Below are positions 1 to 7,733 of a stretch of 48,193 nucleotides of DNA, piece after piece (position 1 is the first letter of the stretch; every line of letters begins with the position of its first letter). Where the stretch lies: the NCBI GenBank assembly GCA_049317645.1, contig JBMOHV010000003.1:1-48193 (forward strand), given 5' to 3'. Under the pieces are notes generated by a model. It saw nothing but the letters and a program-made list of their open reading frames with translations. It was not told the DNA's origin and made no database searches. This DNA comes from Bacteroidia bacterium. GTDB lineage: Bacteria; Bacteroidota; Bacteroidia; UBA7662. Made by a program: the position numbers and the translations under genes.

Positions 1-351
1 ATCCAACCTACCCAGGAACCATCGATGGTTGCGTTTGAGGATTTTGCGGCCATGGATTTGCGCTTGGTTGAGATTCTCGATGCCAAGCCCGTGTCCGGTG
101 CCGATAAGTTATTGGAGATACGCGTTGATTTGGGCAGTGAACAGAGGACCGTGGTTTCGGGCATCGCTCAACACTTTGCTCCCGATGAGCTCAAGGGCTG
201 TCAAGTTCTCATGCTGACCAACCTCGCGCCCCGCAAAATCCGCGGTGTCGAGTCCAGGGGCATGCTTTTGTTAGCCCAAAACAGCGATGGCAAATTGATT
301 TTGGTCGGTCCCCAGGGCGCTGGGACGGCTCCTGGCGATCAGGTTCGGTAA
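1..351 (+). CDS. metG: C-terminal tRNA-binding (EMAP/Trbp111-like OB-fold) domain, most likely the 3' end of methionine--tRNA ligase; 5'-truncated by the window
   Basis: Frame is open from base 1 (IQPTQEPS linker) into FEDFAAMDLR...ADKLL...DLG.E.RTVVSGIA...NLAPRKIRGVESRGMLL. A stand-alone tRNA-binding protein cannot be excluded. Confidence 0.75.
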   Translation: MQPTQEPSMVAFEDFAAMDLRLVEILDAKPVSGADKLLEIRVDLGSEQRTVVSGIAQHFAPDELKGCQVLMLTNLAPRKIRGVESRGMLLLAQNSDGKLILVGPQGAGTAPGDQVR

Positions 352-372
352 GCTTGGCTCAAGGGCCCGCTA

Positions 373-1173
373 TTAATCTTTGTTTTGGAGGTGCTGATGC
401 CGGAATTCGGTCGGTGTTTGACCCGTGTAGGTCATGAAAAGAGATGAAAAGTACGAGGGCGATGAAAATCCAGCCTTTTCGGCGATTTTGGACAAGATGC
501 AGCGACGGTTTTCGGGCCAATTGCGGATAAGTTCCGAAGCCTTGTTGATACGTTGCTGAACTAAGTAGGCCTTGGGGCCTTGTCCCAAATGCTGTTGACA
601 AATTTGTTGCAAGCGTACATTGCTAACACCGCATAACCGGGCCAAATGAGGTATGCTGCAGCGTGTATCCGCATGGTGTTCTTCAATGCTACGGCAAAAT
701 TGCTGAACGATTTGTTCTTCACTGAGTCTTGATGCCAGCATTCGCTGTTTGCGCTTGATGGATTTGGTGGCCTGGGAGCAATGGCGCAGGGCCATTCGAA
801 TGGATTTGAGCAAATCGGCTTGATCTGAGCCATCTTGCCAAGTTTTATCCAAGGTTTTGGTGCGAAGGCGCAGTGTCTTGGCCGTGCCTTTTCCCTGCCA
901 TTCCAGGACCAGGGTATGGCCTTGGTTCATAGCATCCTGAAGACGATCGTGCAGGCTGTTGGTTTCCAAAAGAACGACAACAGGCAAGACAGAATTTTGA
1001 AGATGAGCGTCTGGGTTCAAAAGTTGAGCGCAGTCCCGCGCCCCACCGTGTCGATGTTGCCATAACCACTGCAGCCAGGTAGGCAACGTCTTTGGCGAGT
1101 CGTTGGATTCGATGGAGTTACGAGGCTCAAGCTCGGCTAAGCGAGATGCTTCCAAGTAAAGGATGTATTTCAT
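373..1173 (-). CDS. AraC-family transcriptional regulator with a degenerate receiver-like N-terminal domain
   Basis: C-terminal double HTH (SIPHLARLCGVS...LGQGPKAYL...RINKASELI...IAEKAGFSSPSYFSSLFMTYTGQTPTEFR). Confidence 0.85.
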   Translation of the reverse strand: MKYILYLEASRLAELEPRNSIESNDSPKTLPTWLQWLWQHRHGGARDCAQLLNPDAHLQNSVLPVVVLLETNSLHDRLQDAMNQGHTLVLEWQGKGTAKTLRLRTKTLDKTWQDGSDQADLLKSIRMALRHCSQATKSIKRKQRMLASRLSEEQIVQQFCRSIEEHHADTRCSIPHLARLCGVSNVRLQQICQQHLGQGPKAYLVQQRINKASELIRNWPENRRCILSKIAEKAGFSSPSYFSSLFMTYTGQTPTEFRHQHLQNKD

Positions 1174-1183
1174 GGGGTCCGAC

Positions 1184-1209
1184 GTTACCCAAAATTTTGG
1201 CTGGGTAAC
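1184..1209. promoter_or_regulatory. Inverted repeat, candidate operator upstream of the AraC gene
   Basis: GTTACCCA-N10-TGGGTAAC has perfect 8-bp arms and overlaps the palindrome CCAAAATTTTGG (1189-1200). It lies 10 bp upstream of the ATG. Confidence 0.45.
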
Positions 1210-1254
1210 AAAACAAAAATGAGGTGGTTCCTCCCGCGGTCCTTCTCAGACACC

Positions 1255-1312
1255 CCCTACAAAAACCCCTACAAATGAAGAGGGGGGCTCCCCAAAATCC
1301 CTACAAAACCCT
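1255..1312. repeat. Three copies of CCCTACAAA
   Basis: Copies at 1255, 1267 and 1299. The third contains the glycosyltransferase stop codon. Confidence 0.6.
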
Positions 1313-2335
1313 GTTTTGACCCACCTTGTCAAGACATAGGCTCAAAAGCGCTTCGGTATGGTCCGGCCAGGCCCTCGCGACGGGGCTTTTGCCTTGGAGC
1401 CAGGTTCGTAAATCATCCACCATCGAGGAGGACAATCCGGGGGAGGTGGGTATGCCCATACGGCGCAGCGCTTCGGCGTTGCAAGCCTGTTCGTATTGCT
1501 GCTTCATGGGAATAACCCAAAGTTTTTTGCCCAAAAAGAGGGCCTCGGCCGGGGTCTCGAACCCTGCGCCGCAGAGCACGGCTTCGGCATGTTCCAGGTG
1601 TTTGCAAAAGAGGGCATCGCCGGCCGGATGCACCGTCACCCGGCCAAAACGAGCAGTGGCTTTTTGTCTTTTGCTAAAAACAACCCAAGAACGCGCAGGG
1701 TCCACTTTTTGCAGAAAGGCGACGAGTAGGTCGTCCTGGTAGGCGGGTAGATAGACCAAGACTTCCCCGGAATCGTGACTGGGACGGAGCATTCGAATCC
1801 CAGGGCGGATGACCGGGGTATGGATAAAGTCGTCGTAGGCCTCAAAGTGCAATCCAATCGCCGAAGGACAGGGGGCGTAGTGTTGGAACATCCATTCGGC
1901 CACGGGTTCATCCAGGCTAAACCGGTTTCGGGCGGGCCTGGGGGCGTTTTTGGACAAAAAAGAAGCCTGGTGACTCAAGGAAACCATGCGATCAAAACCC
2001 TGCCTGCGCGCTGCCAGAGCCGAAACCGGCTCAAAATCGTTGATCACCAAGTCGTATGAGCGCAATGGCAGGGCCCGGCTATCCTGCAACAGAGCGAGGG
2101 GACGCTGAATGCGAAGGGTTTGGTACCAATCAATCCCCCCATTTTGGCCAAAAACAAAACCAGCGCCGTTAAAACGATAGAGAATCGGATACGTTACCGA
2201 TACCTGGACATCCCTACCAGAAACAAGCAAGTCGAGTTCGCCTCTCTTTTGCAGAGCTGGAATAAGGGCCCCTGCTCGGCTCAAGTGTCCGTTACCGGTG
2301 CCTTGGATGGCGTAAAGTAGGCGGGTTTTGCTCAA
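1301..2335 (-). CDS. GT-B glycosyltransferase, MJ1255/VC2487-like family
   Basis: N-terminal LLYAIQGTGNGHLSRA, YDLVINDFEP, and C-terminal CGAGFETPAEALFLGKKLWVIPMKQQYEQACNA. TTG start overlaps the upstream TGA. Confidence 0.85.
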   Translation of the reverse strand: MSKTRLLYAIQGTGNGHLSRAGALIPALQKRGELDLLVSGRDVQVSVTYPILYRFNGAGFVFGQNGGIDWYQTLRIQRPLALLQDSRALPLRSYDLVINDFEPVSALAARRQGFDRMVSLSHQASFLSKNAPRPARNRFSLDEPVAEWMFQHYAPCPSAIGLHFEAYDDFIHTPVIRPGIRMLRPSHDSGEVLVYLPAYQDDLLVAFLQKVDPARSWVVFSKRQKATARFGRVTVHPAGDALFCKHLEHAEAVLCGAGFETPAEALFLGKKLWVIPMKQQYEQACNAEALRRMGIPTSPGLSSSMVDDLRTWLQGKSPVARAWPDHTEALLSLCLDKVGQNRVL

Positions 2336-3240
2336 GGGGTGCCCAGGCGAGTAGAGGCTGAAACCGTGGCCAAGGAAAAAATTTCTTCGAGGAAGGGGTG
2401 GGGCACGGCGTTGGGAACGGTCGTCATCGGTGGGTCATCGGATGCGAATGGAGCGTTCTGTCGGATTTCATCAGGACGGGCCGCGTAACGGTGCAAAGTC
2501 CATTGCCCCAGGTGGTATTCCAAGGCGGTCAGGTTTTCGATCCAATCCCCGGAATTCAGGTAGGTGACGGTTCGAGCTTCTTGACCGGGAGGCGGGGTCG
2601 ATGAGGAGGTCATGGTTTTGATGACGGGTTGATGAATATGCCCGCAGATGACATAATCATAGCCTCGTTCAATCGCCAGATCGGCCGCAATTTGTTCAAA
2701 ATCCGAGATGAAGCTGACCGCGGTTTTGACCCCGTCTTTGATTCGTTTGGACAAGCTTATTTTGTCCCGACCGAGTTTTTCAAGCACGTGGTTTACAAAG
2801 CGATTGAGGACAATCAAGAGGTCGTAACCGTGTCCGCCCAAACGGGCCAGCCACTTGGAATACTGCATGCTAACATCAAAAACATCTCCATGGAAAAACC
2901 AAGCCTTGCGTCCGTCGATTTCCAGAACCAACTTGTCGCGCAGGTAGAGATTACCCATTCGGTAGTCGCTGAATTTGCGAAGCATTTCATCGTGATTTCC
3001 GGTGAGGTAATAGACCGGAACGCCTTGCTCCGCAAATTTTAACAATTTTCGAATCACCTGCATATGGGAGGCGGGCCAATAGCGTTTTTTGAATTGCCAA
3101 ATGTCCACGATATCCCCGTTCAATACCAGGGTGCCCGGCTGGACTTGGTCTAGGTAGCGAAGGAGCTCCCTCCCGTGGCAACCGTAGGTTCCCAGGTGCA
3201 AATCCGACAAAACCAGCAAGTCGATTGTGCGCTTTTCCAT
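2332..3240 (-). CDS. Calcineurin-like metallophosphoesterase of the PlcP/LpxH2 type (usually auto-annotated as UDP-2,3-diacylglucosamine diphosphatase)
   Basis: Motifs SDLHLG, GDIVD, YWPASH, GNHD, HGDVFD, CGHIH, YLNSGDWIE. ATG at 3240 preferred over the GTG at 3264. Confidence 0.85.
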   Translation of the reverse strand: MEKRTIDLLVLSDLHLGTYGCHGRELLRYLDQVQPGTLVLNGDIVDIWQFKKRYWPASHMQVIRKLLKFAEQGVPVYYLTGNHDEMLRKFSDYRMGNLYLRDKLVLEIDGRKAWFFHGDVFDVSMQYSKWLARLGGHGYDLLIVLNRFVNHVLEKLGRDKISLSKRIKDGVKTAVSFISDFEQIAADLAIERGYDYVICGHIHQPVIKTMTSSSTPPPGQEARTVTYLNSGDWIENLTALEYHLGQWTLHRYAARPDEIRQNAPFASDDPPMTTVPNAVPHPFLEEIFSLATVSASTRLGTP

Positions 3241-3362
3241 CGTGTCTAGAACCTTGAATGACACGAATTTCGCGTTTCAATGTAAATACAACGTGAAATC
3301 TGGTCCTTGGCCGGACTTTGTATGCTATTTTGGACGTGTGAACAAGGTAAAAATGGTCGTTT

Positions 3363-4121
3363 ATGAAGCTTTTTGACCCGTTTGGGAACCCCCTGCTTAT
3401 CAAGCGGGTGATGTTTGGGGTCTTCGGCTCTTTTTTCTACATTGGTTTGTGCGTTATCAACCGCCTTCGCATTGAGGGTACCGAAAAGATCCGCAAGCTA
3501 CCAGCGCAGAATGTTCTTTTTGTTTCCAACCATCAGACCTATTACCGGGATGTGATGGCCATTTTTCATTCGATTTGTGCCGCCAAATGGGGTTACGGTC
3601 GGCGTTTGTGGGCTCCCTTCTATTTGTTGTGGACCCCGGCCCGCCTGTACTATGTCGCTGCCACCGAGACCATGAAAAAAAGCGGGATTTTGCCTTGGCT
3701 TTTCAGCCTCGCAGGGGCCGTTACGGTCAAAAGATCCTGGAGGGAAGGTGGTGAGGAAGTTCAGCGTCAGGTGGATGTATCGGAAGTGGACAAGATTTAC
3801 AAGGCCCTGGATTTTGGCTGGGTTCTCACCTTTCCTCAAGGAACCACCAAGCCCTATGCCGAAGGCCGTCGTGGGGTTGCTCAGATCATCAAGGACCAAC
3901 AACCCATTGTGATTCCGGTGGTCATTAACGGATTTCGCCGTGCTTTCAACAAAAAAGGTCTTTTACTCAAAAAAAGAAACGTAGACCTGACGGTAACGTT
4001 CAAAGATCCCTTGGAATTGGATTATACGGCGAGCAAGGATCAGATTATTGCTCAAATCATGGACGCGATTGAGCAGAGCGATCGCTACCGCTTCCCCCAT
4101 TATAGTCCTTCCCTAAAGTAA
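3363..4121 (+). CDS. Lysophospholipid acyltransferase (PlsC-like)
   Basis: VSNHQTYYRD block I, VTVKR, FPQGTT block III, IVIPVVI block IV. Confidence 0.85.
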   Translation: MKLFDPFGNPLLIKRVMFGVFGSFFYIGLCVINRLRIEGTEKIRKLPAQNVLFVSNHQTYYRDVMAIFHSICAAKWGYGRRLWAPFYLLWTPARLYYVAATETMKKSGILPWLFSLAGAVTVKRSWREGGEEVQRQVDVSEVDKIYKALDFGWVLTFPQGTTKPYAEGRRGVAQIIKDQQPIVIPVVINGFRRAFNKKGLLLKKRNVDLTVTFKDPLELDYTASKDQIIAQIMDAIEQSDRYRFPHYSPSLK

Positions 4122-4797
4122 AGAATTCTTCTTTTTCGTGGGTGTGCAAGGTGATTAAGCCCGCGCGGGTCAATTGAAGGAGCATACGATGGGCTCGGCC
4201 CGTCGACAAATTGAACATTTTGCGGCATTCCTGAACGCGAATGCGGGCGTGATTGCGCAGGTATTCCAAGAGGGCTTGTTCTCGGCTACCAAACTCCAAG
4301 AGAGGTTCGTCGTGATCCGCTTCTTGGTTTTGTAACATCTTGATGCTCATGGGCGATGCCAATAGACATTGGTCTCCGTTGCGGAGGTAGACCTCCCATT
4401 CCCTGCCCTCGCCCAAGTTACGTACAGGCTTATCCTTGGCCTCTGCAATTTGAACCACCAAAATTTCTTTGAGACCGACACGAACCGTCGTAAAGTGGAG
4501 CTGAACCTCCGGCTGGCAAAAATGCTTGGCGGCCCCCAGCAGCATCTCGGTTTCGTCGGCAGGACGAATGTTACGAAGACTGCGATTATCGCGAACGCCC
4601 ACCAGCAGGCGACCTCCTTCGGCATTGGCAAAGGCGGCCAGGGTCCTCGCAATTTTGCGGGATGAGGTGATAGTTTCCTTGAAATCCTGCCGACGGTTTT
4701 CGCCCTCTTCGATCCAACGGTACAGCTGCACCGCGGTGATTTCACTTTCCTGCTCCCATGGGTTAGGGGTCGTTGGGTGGCCGGGCAGGGATTTCAT
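4057..4797 (-). CDS. AlbA_2/Schlafen-like domain protein with C-terminal winged HTH
   Basis: EEGENRRQDFKE...IARTLAAFANAEGGRLLVGVRDN, VYLRNGD, then REQALLEYLRNHARIRVQE wHTH. Start uncertain (ATG 4797 versus TTG 4890). Confidence 0.8.
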   Translation of the reverse strand: MKSLPGHPTTPNPWEQESEITAVQLYRWIEEGENRRQDFKETITSSRKIARTLAAFANAEGGRLLVGVRDNRSLRNIRPADETEMLLGAAKHFCQPEVQLHFTTVRVGLKEILVVQIAEAKDKPVRNLGEGREWEVYLRNGDQCLLASPMSIKMLQNQEADHDEPLLEFGSREQALLEYLRNHARIRVQECRKMFNLSTGRAHRMLLQLTRAGLITLHTHEKEEFFTLGKDYNGGSGSDRSAQSRP

Positions 4798-4865
4798 TTG
4801 TTGGGCGGGATGGGGTCGTCGGGGAGCTCCGAGGTTGGTGGATTCACAGGAAGGGTGGCCCGGAA

Positions 4866-5192
4866 TTACAGGAGGGATTCGGGGTTCCAAAACAAACGCT
4901 CAAAATCGCAGATACGGTCTTCGATGACTTGAATATTTTCGGCGGCCAGCAGATCGACCATGGGTTGTTGAGGGTCAAAGTGGTGCTTTCCGCTGAGAAG
5001 CCCGGTTCGGTTGACCACTCGATGGGCGGGTACCGTGGGTTGGATAGCGTGGCAGGCATTGAGAGCGTAACCCACGGCCCGCGCACTGCGCCCACTACCC
5101 AAGAAGCGCGCGATAGCCCCGTAGGTGGTGACGCGTCCAGGCGGTATCAGCCGGACGACCTCGTAAACGCGGTCAAAAAAATCGGGGTCCAT
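4866..5192 (-). CDS. Alkyltransferase-like (ATL/YbaZ, MGMT family) DNA-damage binding protein
   Basis: IPPGRVTTYGAIA...ARAVGYAL...VPAHRVVN. Ala replaces the catalytic Cys of PCHRV. Confidence 0.9.
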   Translation of the reverse strand: MDPDFFDRVYEVVRLIPPGRVTTYGAIARFLGSGRSARAVGYALNACHAIQPTVPAHRVVNRTGLLSGKHHFDPQQPMVDLLAAENIQVIEDRICDFERLFWNPESLL

Positions 5193-5238
5193 CTTGTTGG
5201 GTATGCAAAGTTCAAGGGTCGAGCTTTATGTTTAACCC

Positions 5239-5877
5239 ATGTCCTGGATTTTGGGAAATACAGACCGCCTGATGGATGCTCGCTTTGCGGCGGCGGCAGG
5301 GGCGGAGCGTCTGGTCCTGAGTTTGGATGCCGATGCAGGGGCCTGGAACGAAATCAGTGGCTGGGTCGCAGGACCGGATTTGTGGTTGTTGGCCACGCCG
5401 GCTTTGGCGGAGGCTGGGCCTGGATTGACGGAGCGGTTTTTGGAATGCAAGGGATTGTACTGCAGGGATTCAGTCGTGTGGGAAGGGATGGAACGCCTGG
5501 GCGATGCCTTTGCGTTGGAGATGCCAGGTTGGGCGTTGGAGTTGAGCCCCGATGTCTTGGGACGCTTGCGCAACAGGGGTGGTTGGGGCTCCCGTATGCC
5601 GGATTGGTTGGTCGTGGATCCATGGGCGCTGGATGCAGTCGATGGGGCTTTTGTAGGCGGGGTTTCGGGCCCGAATCTGCGCTGGTTTGCGCTGGTTTCA
5701 ATCAAGCCGGGAGCCGATCCAGTGGATGCTGACCGGTTGGCGCAGCGTTTGAAGGATTTGGCCCAAGAAATAGGAACCGCCTGTGCTGGATTGTATTTCG
5801 AGGCAAAGCCTGGTCAGGATTCGGAATATGTTACGATTGAAGACTGGGTGGACGCGATGGAGGGACATTTCGCCTAA
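5239..5877 (+). CDS. Hypothetical protein, divergent TrpF-like (phosphoribosylanthranilate isomerase-like) TIM barrel
   Basis: N-terminal TDRLMDARFAAAAGAERLVLSLD...WNEISGWVAGP resembles the start of TrpF-like proteins. It fills the gap between flanking genes. Confidence 0.55.
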   Translation: MSWILGNTDRLMDARFAAAAGAERLVLSLDADAGAWNEISGWVAGPDLWLLATPALAEAGPGLTERFLECKGLYCRDSVVWEGMERLGDAFALEMPGWALELSPDVLGRLRNRGGWGSRMPDWLVVDPWALDAVDGAFVGGVSGPNLRWFALVSIKPGADPVDADRLAQRLKDLAQEIGTACAGLYFEAKPGQDSEYVTIEDWVDAMEGHFA

Positions 5878-6572
5878 GTCCATCTTGCTCGCACATAGTG
5901 AATGGGAAGGCCTTGGGCCATGTACCTGGATTCATAGGTGGTCAGAACGGAGAGGGTCTCTTCCTCGTAGGCATTTCGTTGCGTCCTTTCATCCGGATGA
6001 TGAACATCACGAATGCAGCGCTCCAGGGTTAGGCCGTTATCTTTCCAAGCTTCCAAGGTGTATTCAAACAAGGCGGTATTATCGGTTTTGAGATGAAGGC
6101 AGCCACCGTTTTGTAACACTTTACGGTATCTTTTTAAAAAAGCCGGACTCGTCAGCCGTTTTTTTTCGCGGCTTTCACGGGGTTGGGGATCCGGAAAGGT
6201 GATCCATATTTCGGAAATTTCTCCCTCACCAAAATACATTTCGATGTCCTCCAGTCGGGTCCGCAAAAAACCGGCGTTGTTCAGGCCAAGGGCTTCAATT
6301 TGTTTGGCTCCGTGCCACATGCGGGCCCCTTTGATATCGGCCCCCAGCCATAGGTGACCTGGTTTTTTGGAACCCACACCCACGGTCCAAAGGCCCGTTC
6401 CGCAACCCAGCTCCAGGATGAGTGGGGTGTCTTGGCTTGGGGAAGAAGGGATTGTTAGCGCTTCGGGGTTTTGCAGGCGCTCCCTCCATGTCCACGCCGA
6501 GTTGGGGGGATGCTCCCATACCCGGGGCATGCGCGCCATTTCGGCAAAATGCAGAAGTTTGCGCCGTGACAA
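5874..6572 (-). CDS. trmB: tRNA (guanine-N7)-methyltransferase
   Basis: ILELGCGTG, GADIKGARMW, EIWITFPDPQ, LHLKTDN, TTYE. TTG start at 6572 avoids overlapping pdxJ. Confidence 0.93.
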   Translation of the reverse strand: MSRRKLLHFAEMARMPRVWEHPPNSAWTWRERLQNPEALTIPSSPSQDTPLILELGCGTGLWTVGVGSKKPGHLWLGADIKGARMWHGAKQIEALGLNNAGFLRTRLEDIEMYFGEGEISEIWITFPDPQPRESREKKRLTSPAFLKRYRKVLQNGGCLHLKTDNTALFEYTLEAWKDNGLTLERCIRDVHHPDERTQRNAYEEETLSVLTTYESRYMAQGLPIHYVRARWT

Positions 6573-6579
6573 ACGAGTA

Positions 6580-7317
6580 TCAGGATAGTGTATTGCTGTG
6601 CAGAGCCCGACGGTAGAGTCGGACGGTGTTTTCGAGACCCAGGTACAGGGCATCCGCCACCAGGGCATGCCCAATGGAAACTTCGTGCAGGAGCGGGAGA
6701 CGGGTGTTCAATGCGGCCAGATTGGACAAATTCAAGTCATGACCCGCGTTCACCAGCAGTCCACTATCCAGTGCTCGGTGGTAGGCGGCCTCGTAGGGTG
6801 CGGTGCAGTTCGCTGTCTTGTCTTTTGAATCATAACAACGGGCAAAGCCTTCGGTGTACAATTCGACTGCTTGGGCGCCCAGTTCGGCGGCTTGTTCTGC
6901 ATGGCGCGGGTTCGGGTCAATAAAAAGGGAAACCCGAATGCCTGCGGCGTTCAGTTTTGCTATGAGTGGCCGCAATCGTTCCCCGTCCTGATCCAAATCC
7001 CAACCATGGTCCGATGTCCGTTGCAGGGGGTGATCGGGGACCAAGGTGGCCTGAGCAGGCCGGACCTCCAAAACCAAATCCATAAAGTACGATTCCAAAG
7101 GATTACCCTCCACATTCAACTCGGTGCTCAAGGACTGACGCAGCGCCCTGACATCGTCGGGGCGTACATGCCGGGCGTCGGGACGGGGATGTACGGTGAT
7201 TCCGTCGGCTCCAAATCGTTCGCAATCCAAGGCAAATTGGACCGGATCGGGCACGCCGTGGTCTCTGCTGTTTCGCAGCAGCGCTATTTTGTTGACATTA
7301 ACGCTGAGGCGGGTCAA
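6580..7317 (-). CDS. pdxJ: Pyridoxine 5'-phosphate synthase
   Basis: LSVNVNKIALLRN, GADGITVHPRPDARH, ELNVEG, VNAGHDL, EVSIGHAL. Confidence 0.96.
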   Translation of the reverse strand: MTRLSVNVNKIALLRNSRDHGVPDPVQFALDCERFGADGITVHPRPDARHVRPDDVRALRQSLSTELNVEGNPLESYFMDLVLEVRPAQATLVPDHPLQRTSDHGWDLDQDGERLRPLIAKLNAAGIRVSLFIDPNPRHAEQAAELGAQAVELYTEGFARCYDSKDKTANCTAPYEAAYHRALDSGLLVNAGHDLNLSNLAALNTRLPLLHEVSIGHALVADALYLGLENTVRLYRRALHSNTLS

Positions 7318-7640
7318 AGCGAAAAGCTCTCACCGCAGGCGCAGGATCGGGCGGCGTTGGGGTTGTTAAAATGAAAGCCCTTGCCGTTGAGGCCATCGCT
7401 GAAGTCCAGTTCGGTACCAACGAGGTACACCAAGCTTTTTTTGTCGCAAAGCAGGCGAACCCCTTGCTCCTCAAAACGTTGGTCTTCCGGGAGGGGCTCG
7501 GCTTCAAAATCCATACGGTAGCTTAGTCCGGAGCATCCGCCGCTGAGGACCGAAATCCGCAGGTAGGACTTACCGGCTTGTTCGGGGTCCTGTAGCAGGC
7601 TGCGAACCTTGTCGGCGGCTTTGGGGGAAACTTGAATCAT
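7314..7640 (-). CDS. iscA: A-type iron-sulfur cluster carrier (HesB/IscA family)
   Basis: GGCSGLSY and NPNAARSCACGESF. ATG 7640 lies just downstream of a TAATTTTG promoter element. Confidence 0.92.
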   Translation of the reverse strand: MIQVSPKAADKVRSLLQDPEQAGKSYLRISVLSGGCSGLSYRMDFEAEPLPEDQRFEEQGVRLLCDKKSLVYLVGTELDFSDGLNGKGFHFNNPNAARSCACGESFSL

Positions 7641-7648
7641 GGTTCTCA

Positions 7649-7656
7649 CAAAATTA
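7649..7656 (-). promoter_or_regulatory. Bacteroidota -7 promoter element for iscA-pdxJ-trmB
   Basis: TAATTTTG on the minus strand matches TAnnTTTG. Confidence 0.6.
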
Positions 7657-7733
7657 GGCTTAGCGAGCGGAATCCTAGCGATGCCTTGCCGTTATTTTGT
7701 GACAGCTAGATCGCCTTATTCAACCCCTAACCT

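Noticed and set aside
4773-5732. 319-aa plus-strand ORF
   Set aside because: Gly/Arg-rich shadow frame overlapping the ATL gene in antisense and the better 5239-5877 ORF out of frame.
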